A stretch of 52,046 nt of DNA, filler included, from Sphacelaria rigidula (Eukaryota): NCBI GenBank assembly GCA_964200075.2. It is 3 parts of 3 records of this genome, joined end to end, with 100 filler letters (N's around TTAATTAATTAA, not from the genome) between each part and the next. Parts side by side here need not be neighbours in the genome. Positions count along the whole stretch, not along the records: positions 1 to 17,284 come from CAXNAA020001117.1; 2 more parts are not named here. The stretch is one strand, 5' to 3'. A model generated the notes under the pieces. It was not told the origin of the DNA. It made no database searches and was given only the letters and a program-made list of their open reading frames with translations. This document shows positions 1 through 11,100 of this stretch, in pieces; position 1 is the stretch's first letter; the number at the start of each line of letters is the position of its first letter. Made by a program: the position numbers and the translations under genes.

Positions 1-199
1 GAAAAGCATTTGTTTGTGTTCCCTCTCTTTTTTTTTCTTTCTTTTTTTTGGGGTGGGTGTTTTTTTTTTTTTTTTTTTTTTGTGCCCCCCCCCCCCCCCC
101 CCCGGAAACGTCTGATGACTATGGCAAGCATGATCATGAGTACACCCCCCCCCCGGAAACGAGCCTGGCTCTGTCTTCTTGTCTACTGTATTCCTTTCT

Positions 200-570
200 T
201 TACGTTCTACTATTTTATTCGTTTATTTTATTTCATTTTTCTCCTTTTTTTTCTCATCACGAGCTGGAGTGTTGCAATCAGCTACGTAATGCGAGATAAC
301 CATCTTGTTGTGTTGTTTGTGTATGTGTTCGTGTATGTGTTTGTTGTTATTTTGTTGTCACTGTTGTTGTTTGCTGTTATTGTTGTTGGTGATGTTGTTT
401 TTGTTGCTATCGCTGCTGCCTTTCTTCTTTCCTTTCTGAGGCCGTTGGTTCTGTCTTTTTCTGTTTCTTTCCTCCTTTTTTCTTTTATTATTCTGTTTTT
501 TTTTTCTGCTGCTCTTGACCACGGGTTGGATTGTTGCAATCAGCTAATGTGAGATAATCAATCAATCAGT
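200..570 (+). repeat. Two T-rich retroposon-like 3' ends (..TGTTGCAATCAGCTA..GAGATAA) separated by GTT-rich low complexity
   Basis: Motif at about 258-300 and 517-569; related GACCACGGGTTCGAGAGAT tails at about 36297 (+) and 40908-40927 (-). Confidence 0.5.
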
Positions 571-3500
571 ATGCGACAGCTTTAATTATTCATTGCATCG
601 TTCTCGAGACAAGAAGCCAACCGGCTTGTGGCAGTTGACAGCCCCCCGAACACACTATATATCTATTCACTGTCGCGGTGGATTTGCTCAGTTCGCCACA
701 GCGGATCCGAAAAGCCCCCGAACGTCGAAGAAAACGCGTTTTTCAGTACATTTTGGCGGTTTGCAAAGTGCTGCGGGCTCCGCGGCACGCGGTACGGAAA
801 GCCGCTGCGCCACTGAGTAGTTCTGGTGTGTGAGAAGCGCACGCATCAAGCCGTAGTCCAATCCTCTGCTTCGTTGCCGAGATATCTGCATTGAAAGATA
901 AGCACAACAACATACTGCAACAAGAAGGACACAACAACAAGACGAGCAGCAGCTCCCATCCTCCTGTTGTAAGCCTGTGCACAGGTGCACAGCAACGTCA
1001 GTCACAGGGTTGTTGTAGAATGTACTAATATAATATTGCAATAGTACATTTTGTATGAGCACCGTCGTCATTTAGAGTGACGCGTGTACTTGTGATTAAT
1101 ACTGATTGGCCCATTTAGTTTCCATCTATTCTGCATTCAACTGACTGTGTAGTTGGTCGGTCCATTTTCCCGGTATATAGTGCCCAAATTTGGGCCCCAT
1201 TCACCCCCATATGAGTACTACTGTACAGAGACGACAAATCTGGACACAACACACACATGAGAAATCTGCAGACTGCATTTGGAGCGGGACAGATTCCCTT
1301 GGTAACTTACCAATCAGATCGCTCCATTTCGCTCGGGAATCGCCAGGGGAGTACTCAAAAACCAAGTGTTCGTGCGGTCTAAGTCGTAGCACGTTTCAGC
1401 CCAATACAGGATCATGGATATTACAGTATTGTACTCTGAATACAATACAGTAGTACGGTACAGTACAGGCGCCCAACGCACGGCACTGACAGGAGTGTCG
1501 CAGCAATGAACAGCGCGTTATTCGTCTTACCGAAGACGAAACAGTCAACACACCCATGAAGCTTTCAACCGTGTGCATCCAGTACTGCGTGCCGACTAAA
1601 TTGTTTTCTGCGGAGACGAACACAGATACAATGTCGCAGCTCACGCAATCCAAACCGTCTTCGCAACGCGTGAACACCCCGCCACATCAGTACAGGCAGT
1701 GGAAGCTCCAACACATGAGAGAGGGCTTGAATGTCTTTGCTGCGGTACAGTAGTGAAACAGGACATGTCACATGTTTTAGTCCTCCGTCTGACTGTGGAG
1801 ATGTCTCCAATTCCGGGTCAGTGCCGACTTTGAACACTCGGCCATAGTCGCGCTTCTTTCAACTCACTTTGGGTTACCCCACTCGTAATCTGTGTGTGGG
1901 AGGTTTGGCTCCTGATGCGGGCTTCGCTCGCTCATTTATTTGACCGTTTTGGAACTGAAGCTCAGTAACAAGGGGTTCACCATGTATTAGTAAAATAAAA
2001 ATAAACAAGTCTGGGAGCGACCTGCCCAATCACGGCGAGGCGAAATTTATCGACCACGTCCGAACGACCAGTGGAGGGGGGCTGTCGTCGGAAGTGATAC
2101 CACTGCAAAGTCGGTGTACCCTGTCCCTGGCCCACAAAAAAGCCTTCGAAGCAAAAGAATACCCATGTGGTCGGGGCTCGGATTCCCGATTTTTTATCAT
2201 TCACTTGCATTTTATATAGGTCCGACCTCCCATCCCCCGATTGTTTGGTGGGTCGCCATCCTATAGTAAAACCTAGTTGATAACACTAACACGCAGTGCT
2301 CGGGGGAAATTCGGGAATACATGTACCCTACCATACATGTGTTCATGCTCACAAGGCGACTGAATCTAGCAACGCTGTGGGACGAGAGACGGAGTTAGAG
2401 GCATGAGTTCTGCGTATCCCACTGTTGAAGCGGTACAAGCGGCGGTGAGGTCGTATGTAATCGACGGGAACGAATAAGCTGTTTATAGGCAGCTGATCTC
2501 CATCGCGGAGAACTGCACATAATATATGCGGGAGTATGCAACAGCTGGTGCTGCATTCGAAGAGGCGCACTGTACTGTATCTGCGGCACAACGCCCATGC
2601 CGTTCGAAGAGGATATGCCGCTTGCAACAAAGAGGGATATCGCGACCCACCCTGAAGGGCTGTGTGGCAAGGTGATTGGAGCAATATCCAGGGCCACAAG
2701 TGGCGGGCGGCGGCTGCCACATCCTGTTGAAAGCTCCCCACGACGACTGATACTGCTTGATACATCTGTACATTACCTGATGCGCACAACACCCGCATTA
2801 TAGTACAAACAGTTTGTACCTGCACCTGAAAATAGATTGGATGAAACTTGTGGTCTTCGTCTAACCCTGCGGTTACATACATACGTGGATTTTTTGCAAC
2901 ATGAAGCTACAGTTTCATGCATATGCAGGACACGTCATTCCTAACCAGCCTCATTGGCCATTTTGGAAACCCAGTCCCAAAAGGGTTAAGCAGATTCTGT
3001 CCCAGTACATCTTTATTTTGCCGAAAATCTCGACAAAAAGTTCCTGGTACGAGTACAGGTATGGGACGGAAAGGGGGCCGATTTGGGGTACAATATTCGG
3101 GAAATTGCGCCCCGAACGCTGTGTGCGTGAGAACTGGACCGTAATTGGGTGAATCATACCAATACAAAATACACGCGTCACCTAAAACAACGACCCAGCT
3201 CATATGAAATGTACTATAAAGATAGTACATATCTTCAAACCTGTGAATGGTCGGTGTTGAGATGATATTGTTCCTCCGGATAACTTGCTCTAGATCAGTG
3301 GGTGGAGAATCTTGTTGCACTAGTGTCCAGCTGCTGTACTATTAGGAAAGAACACGCCCCCGAGCTGCCACACCACGTTTGTCGTCATTGCGAAAAAAAC
3401 AAGAAAAAAACACGAAGAGCAGCTGTTGTAGCCGCCACACACCAACGCAATTGCAGTGCAAGGCGTGCCTGACATGGTGCTAGAACGAGAAAGTACGGAA

Positions 3501-4124
3501 ATTTGGATATCACTGGCTGCAGCGTCGCGCATGTGGAAACTACTGAGGACGATGTTGATGATGTTGACAATCAAGAGGTTCACGCTTTGCGGATTGACTG
3601 CGCGCTGCCTGTCCTACAAATAGCTATGGCTGCGGGATTGGAGGATGGCTTTTTCATGGGCCCCATGGGGTCAGGATCGTGGCATGAGTGGGAAGAATCC
3701 CATCTTGTCCGTCGCTCGGGCACTGTCCGGTACACTCCGTCCAGATCAATGATACGTCCCGTGAGCAGCTGCAGATTCTCATTTTTTTTCCTGAACTCAT
3801 GACATTATCTTGTTTTTGCTGAAATTTCAAACCCCGATAACTTCCTGTTTTTTTTCTCCTTTGCTGCTCCCGCCATGTTCTGCATGTCGATCAATCATGA
3901 AAAGCTGCCATCAAAACTTTCAGCGTCCAACTCCTAAATCGCCTGAGCGAAGGAACTACCCATTGTTGGCTGGCCCAGCTCGTACGTCGTCGTCGTCATG
4001 TCCACGTCATTTATATTTGGAACGACGATCTATCTGATCGGATTCATTATTTTTCCACCGCACTTTCTCGATCGAACAATAATGTGCTCGAAGGCACCTA
4101 GTAAATTATCCGCAATCTTTTCGT

Positions 4125-4240
4125 TTTTCAGCTTTGTTTTGTCTCGGGTACGTCTATGATATGGGCACGGCTGGATTCTTGGGGGGTCAGTTAAAGTACG
4201 ACAATCAATCAATCATTCAATCAATCATTCATCCAATCAA
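4125..4240 (+). repeat. Retroposon-like 3' end with (CAAT)n tail
   Basis: Reverse-complement homolog at 39043-39135; both end in CGACAATCAATCAATC. Confidence 0.55.
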
Positions 4241-5084
4241 AAAGAGACACGCCTTTGTGCCTGGTCCAGAGGTGGTCATGTGAGCACTTGCCCTGCACGT
4301 GAGACTAATGCCGACATAGCCCCCCCCCCCCCAAAATAAGTGCAACGGAGACCGTCCGACGAACTGATTGCTATCCCACTATTGGGCTCGTTTGCAGCAA
4401 TTTCGCCCACATGAGAGGCGTGTAGCTGTCCGAAATCAGCTATAATGCCCAAATGAGTCGCGTCGTGCAGCACGAAACCAGTTCTCACGGCATTTATGAT
4501 CATCGCCTCTGTGCACATTCTTGGCCTGTTCGGGGGGAGCTACCTCGGCAGCAGTCGTGAACAGTTCGTATTTCAACCAGCGGTGGGACACCCCGTCACG
4601 AGCGAGGAGGGGAGATGCTTCCGGGTCGGGCTTGCAACCTCGCGGCCCGTGGGCTCGCGGCTCGTGCCTGCAGGGCACCCTAGGGCGCGCGCCTGGCGGC
4701 TGTGACGCCACGGCACCTAGACGCCGATGTAATGTTGATATGTTGGTCATTACCTACACCAATCTTGAAAATATCGTGTGCTCGAGTGCTTATGCAAATA
4801 GGTACTCTGCAGCATGTCTTCGCAATTATCTGCGTCACCTATACTGTCAGTTTGTACTAGCGCATGGTACGACCGTGACGATGGGCTTATTTACAATAAC
4901 AATAGCTATTTGCGACACGTCCAGAATTCGCAAGGAGGAGAATATCTCTGCCAATGCTGTTGGTGTGACTGATCAGCACACTGACCTTCTTGAACAGTGG
5001 TGCAGACGTACATGAACGTATATTCTCTGAGTTGCGAGTAAATCCGACTGCGGCTTGACCGTATTGGACCGTTTCGTCAGCTAG

Positions 5085-5155
5085 GCACAAGGCCGTGAAG
5101 TTTTCGCTGACGGTGAAGAGGAACAGATAGCTCTGATGGGGGCAACCGCAATGAG
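5085..5155 (+). CDS. Candidate upstream exon of AIG1-like gene (AQGREVFADGEEEQIALMGATAM)
   Basis: tag acceptor at 5082-5084, AG|gtggtt donor; phase 2 fits the next exon. In-frame ATG at 5136 could be the start. Confidence 0.4.
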
Positions 5156-8100
5156 GTGGTTGGTTTACGTGAGCTCGTGGCTTCGTGACAGTGTGTGTGT
5201 GGAATATATATATATATATAAACGTTTTTGTGAGATTAAGAGAAGAATGTTGATTGAGAGTGGGTTTTATCATTCGCTCTAGCTTGAGCAATTTCTATAT
5301 TCTTTGTGTGCTTTTCTTTGCTTGTAGCACCGGCGTCTGCTTACAGTTCCACGTCGATATCCTACTCGGAAATATCAAGGGCTCCAGTGGTAAGCTACTA
5401 CAGAGAAGCGTATCGAAGCGTATCGGGCCTTTCGTGAAGGGGTATTTCGGAACTGAAACCATTCATTCATCAATTGACCGGTTGTCACTCTCAATCGTTA
5501 TCGTTATCTACTCTCAATCTCACGAAAACATGGGGTTATATTCATGTACGTGAGAGGGCCAGTGGGGGAAGACCAGGGTGCGGTTCGGCTTTTTCTGTTG
5601 GCGTTATTACCGTGTCGTGTTCGAGATGTATCTCTGAAATGATACATCAGGGTTTGGAATCCACGCCTCGCTTCTCTCTCGTTGATATCAAATGTGCACT
5701 GTTTCCGCTATTCTCTCTCCATTTATGTTGTTTCCTGGCGTGGCTCTGCTTTCGCGTAGCTTGACCCTTAAGCACCACAAACCGGAGCTATTCGGATCGT
5801 CGCGGCTGCTCTCCCAGAGGAGCTATATCCTCGTGCGAGCTCTTCTAGCGCTGAACAGCTTGTTCTGGCTCGTGGTCTCTGTTCGAACCTTCGACAATGG
5901 ACACTGGTTGGTGGGTTTCCGCTGAATGCAAGTACACAGGTTTTTGCACTGCTGGTAGGCGCACTTCTCATCCACCACAGCGATCGAAAAAATATCCCCC
6001 GCGCACCAGTCATGCGCAATAGTCATTTACTCGCGAGGGTAACGCAGGGTAGCGTAGCGTAAATGTTTCATGTGGCTCGTTGGGCGATGTTGCACAGGAG
6101 CAATAAAAAACTGTTCGGTGGCAAAAAAATCTCGTTTTGCGTTGGCTGGAAGCGGCCCGGCGAGCAGGTATAAATCATGAAAAAGCAGGCAGATTCGGTT
6201 TTCAACGATCATAGATTGGATAGGCTGGTTAAGCCCTGCCATGAGTACGTCAGTGCCCAGCGGAACTACCACTGTTTGCGCTAGTGCGCCTTAATGGTGA
6301 CAACTGGATCCACCGTGAGCAAGATGAAACTTCAGGGGATGTCCGCCGTATGCTTGCTCTGCTTCATATTCCCGGTTGTGAAGTTGATCTGCGTGGTGTG
6401 CTGTATTGGCTCGAGACTAACCGCAACTCCCTGCCGCCCACGTCGCTCCTCCAACGTTTATGTGCGCTTGCCTTGAATTTTGGTGTCCTTGTCGAACTGG
6501 AAACAGATTTTTCTCACACACTGGGCATATGGTGAGTCCTGATATCGGAAGGATGGGCACGAATCACGAGGGTAGACGATTCATCGTTTTTCTTGAGCTG
6601 TAGTACAATATATATATATAATATACATATGTATGTACAGTGTTGGTATGTCAGGACGTAGGGTTGCGTGAAGGCTAATGCGGTGAAAGTATCGGAAGGT
6701 GAACTGAAACAGCATGCTTCACCGTAGCCGCTTGTCATGTGGGGGTGTGGAGGGTGTGAAGAATATGATCACCGTGGACCCTCTCCCCAACATTACCTCT
6801 CGCCGCAAGTTGAATGAAATCTGGAGTATGTCGTTTTCAAGTGTTTGCGTTGAGGCCTCGTGGGCAAATTCCTACGCGCTCAAGTTGCGGGTGCTGCATC
6901 GAGCCCCTCATGCGGTTACCCACAGTTGGCAATCGTTTTCATACGCACTAGGCCGCACTTTCGCCGATTGGCACATGTGTTGAGTGTATTGCACTCCAGT
7001 AGCTCTGCGGCAGGAGTCGAGTGTGGGTAAAAACTAGAGGGAAAGTGATTAATGGACCAAATATACCGGCACCTTTGATCCTCTTATTTTGCAGGGATGT
7101 GTACGGATTAAGAATAAACCCGCGGAGCGGATTATTGCGGTGCGGTTTGTCAATCCGCACCGCTCCGTGGCATATTTGTAGGGGGCGGATATCCGCTCCG
7201 TGACAATCCGTGATTTATCCCACTGGCGGATATCCGCTCCACTCCGTACCATATTCGAAAAATCCGCTCCGCACCGTGACATTTTCGTTGGCGGATATCC
7301 GCTCCGCGATAATCCGTGAATTTCCGATGTACGGATACCCGCTCCGCTCCGCTCCGTGACGGTTAAAAAAAACCCCGCTCCGCTCCGTATAGATTACAGC
7401 TACGCGGTTGGAACGGTGAAACGCGGTTTTCTACGGGGCGGTTTTATCCACTCCGTAGGTGATCCGTACATCCTCCGTGGCATAACTTACGGATCGAACC
7501 GCTGAAGAGACACGGAGTTCCACGGACGGATTTGTTCTGAACGCCGGATAACATAAAATCTGAAGTAAAAAAATATCGTTCTGTATAAGCAATTCGCCAA
7601 TGCGGTTCTGAAAGGTCTGCACTCCGTACTTCATCCGTGCGTTCTCCGTAGCATCTCTCAGATCAAACCGCTGAAAAGCCACGAAATTCTATGGACGAAA
7701 TTGTCCTGAATGCCGGATAACTTGGAATTCGAATAATTAAAAATATCGTTCTGTATAAGCAATTCGCCGTTGCGGTTGTGACATTGTGCTCCGTACTTCA
7801 TCCGTGCGTTCTCCGTAGCATCACTCAGATCAAACCGCTGAAGAGCCACAAAATCCCACGGATAAATTGTTCTGAATGTCGGGTAGGTTTGAATTCGAAG
7901 TACAAAAATACCCGAGGGTCAGAACCTGGGGCTGGGCAGTCTCAGGACCCCCGAAAACCGGTCAACCCGTAAGTCGTTCAATGATGACCGCAGATGTGAT
8001 TTTATTTATGAATGTGGAGGGGATACCTAGTGGATCTACAATCTTTGGGATCAAATGTCCACTGGGATAAGCGGTGGCACGCGAAAACATTTTCGAATAT

Positions 8101-11100
8101 CCCCGACTACGGAAGCACTACGAAAATCAAAATCTCCCTTTTCAGTTGAAAGCTACTGTGCTGCTATTGGCGTCATTCTTGAGGAATGTATTCCGTGCTT
8201 TTTCTTGTGGTGGATAATCTTCCTGAGTCAAGCACTGCTGCTCTTGCGCGTCTGCCACCCCGGCCTCCGTCACCCTGTCCTTTAGGGTGACATTCAAAAT
8301 TCAAATATGTACTGTTCAGTATTCTCGATTTTTTTTTCTTTCTCCAGGGATCCGACCTTACATGTGCGCTATTTAATCCGCCGTCCCCCCTGTCCAGCAG
8401 CTGGAAGTCGAAGCAAAACAACTCCTTTCGTACTTTTTGGTATTTATCCGCGGATATCCATACATTTGTCGCGGATAACCGTATCGTTTTCGCGGATTAC
8501 TGCAACGGTGCACCGCGGGGAATTGCCGCGGTTTGTCCGGTTTTTTCCACGAAGGGGGGCAAACCGCTCCGTGAAAAAATCCATGCCACGGATATCCGCT
8601 CCGCAATAATCCGTGCATCTGTAGCGGGCGGATATCCGCTCCGTGAAAATCCGTGAGTTTCCCCGCTGACGGATATCCGCTCCGCTCCGTACCATATTTG
8701 AAAAATCCGCACCGCACCGTGACATTTTCGTTGGCGGATATCCGCTCCGCAACAATCCGTGACATTTTCATTGGCGGAAGCCGCTCCGTCACAATCCGTA
8801 ATTTTCCACACAGACAGATATCCGCTCGGTGAAGTTTCGATAAAAAAAATCCGCACCGCGGAGCGGATTGTCCTCCGTACACATCCCTGTTATTTTGTAG
8901 GCCGTGGGGGGCATAGTAGTTCGAGGTCGGATATCCTAGGCGTAGTCGAAACGTGTCGCACATCGGGCAGCTCATGAGGTACCTATAATGCCTAGTCGGA
9001 GAGAACTCTTGGATCCGTTGTCGGAAAACACCAAATATGTGACAACAGGGTCAGAGAAGTCAAAGCGCTACTTTCGCGCTACTTCGGATGCTCAGCGTCC
9101 AGCGTTGTCGGGAGCAAATGTGGGAGAAGGGGATAAATGCAGTAGCTCATGATCCGGATGATCAGTATACAAAATAAAAGGTGATCTTTGGGTGGCTCAT
9201 GGAGTGTCCGACGTGTGAACGGTATTTGACAGTGGTACCCGCACAATTTACCACCCTTGGTGTGGAGGAAAGTGCGAAGCAAGTTTAGTTTTGTTCCAAG
9301 ATATGTAAAGAAGATGCTTGCTTTGGCAGACGAAGAACAGGACATGAAATGCCAAGTAAGAACACGGACGCTGGAACGCCCTGTTGACGAAAGCGCTTGC
9401 TGTCCAACCACACGTGCCTGAAGCACAAGCTGATATGCTCATATCATGCTTCACTCCTTGCAATCATCCATGTTCTATCCCCCGTCCCCCCGACAATATG
9501 TTTCTGTATACATGTATACGTATATATGTCTGCAGCTCTGCAAACGTTCTATTTCGCCCTGGCGTTAGCGTCAGCCGCTAGTTTGTGGATTTCTAGCAGC
9601 CGCACCTGCGGAAACGGGAGCGGTGGAGCCCGCGGTATTTTTGCAACAGTGAGAAAGACAGCAACACGTGGTCGCCCGAGACGGAAGGAAGACGGGAACC
9701 TCCAACGTACCGACGCTCCGTCGAGGTCAACGAGACAGCTGTTGGCTGCGAGAGACGGTGAAAATGTGAGGTCTTGTTCTTTTTTCATCACACCCTGGAC
9801 AATAGGGGACGTAGTCAAAAAGGGTAGTGCGTACAGTTGTGGGCGCGCCTGACCCCCCAAAATGGGCAAAAAAAGTGTCACCGACCAAAATCACGAAAAT
9901 ACACGAACAGACCGACTTTTGGGGCTCATCTAGGCTCGTCGGGGAAAATATGCCTAACGTCATTGGAAGAGAACGACATGGATCCAAAATTTATATAAAA
10001 AACCCTACCGTTACTTCCGTTGGTGTTCCTCATATATTGCATGCCACTGCGTAGCTTTTCGTCCGCGCTTGCAATACGCTGGAATACCAGGAGGCTCGTT
10101 GGGTTGACTCAACACAACGTTCTGCTCACACGAGGAGCCCACGGGACTGTGAGTGCTACTTGAATTCCGATTCTCGTTGTACACACTCAAACCAAGTAAT
10201 ATCAACCATGAATATTTGTAGCCCAACGGCTGGAACGGGAACGCTGAACCATTTATTTTTGCAAAATCATATGCTCAATATGCGACAGAATCATATGTAC
10301 TGATAAACTTCGACGAGAACGGCCCTTACACAGACGAGTGGAGTACAGTCGCCGGGTGTGTCATGTAGGCTGTGGGGATGTTGGTCGACTTCCTCGTTAT
10401 GTTTGAGGAGTTTGCTTTATCGGATCCCATCGTTCTACAATTTTAGCAGATGAATGACTCGCCCTGAGCATGTGTATTTGTTGTTCCGTAGGTACGCCTT
10501 TTCATTTCACGAATATGCGATGTATCAACCATCTGCGGTATCAAGAGTCATTCATGGGTGTCATTTATTCTGAGGCCCTTGGACAGCGGTGAGGTTTTCG
10601 CATGTCGTGGAAACCGGGGAGTGTTGGAGGCGCTGGTTTGCGCTCATAGCCCAAACGGTTTCCCCCATCACTTATCGCCAAGGCGATCGATTGGGATGCG
10701 ATGTTTTGCATCATCTGCGCCAAGACGGCAGCTTACAATTCCGGTTGTCGATTTTTTTTTATCTCATCGGGGTTCGAGTTTTATAACAAGTTGAGTGGAA
10801 AAAGATATGTTTTTTTTAGCGATTTCCTCGATCACCGTAACTCCTTTGGTTTCACAATGGTATCAGATTGTAGTTTGGACTAATACACGCCGGTGGGTAG
10901 CCGAGGCACGCCGTGGTTCGTAGTCCGGGACGACGAAAATGGGAAATCATCAAGTGGAAACCCCACTCAAGTCACAAGTACTTTGGGGTATTTTACGGCG
11001 TACATTATCAGGGGATGAACGAGATCTCCGGTCTGTTCGTGCTTTTGGTCGGTGACACTTTTTTGCCCATTTTGGGGGGTCAGGCGCGCCCATAACAGTA

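Noticed and set aside
10..552. 180-aa hydrophobic ORF
   Set aside because: Derived from poly-T, poly-C and GTT low-complexity sequence at a contig end.
1490..4750. Additional upstream exons (about 1490-1750, 2489-2671, 4521-4730)
   Set aside because: Some splice-like signals, but no recognisable protein motif or phase-consistent chain.
6284..6535. 83-aa ORF as an exon of the membrane protein
   Set aside because: Only 6507-6531 fits, in another frame that gives IFLTHWAY and matches neighbouring phases.
7180..8830. Repeated palindromic GCGGATATCCGCTCCG motif as a CRISPR array
   Set aside because: Motifs are short and irregularly spaced, the intervening sequences are themselves repeated, there are no cas genes, and the region is bounded by TIRs and a TSD inside a eukaryotic intron.
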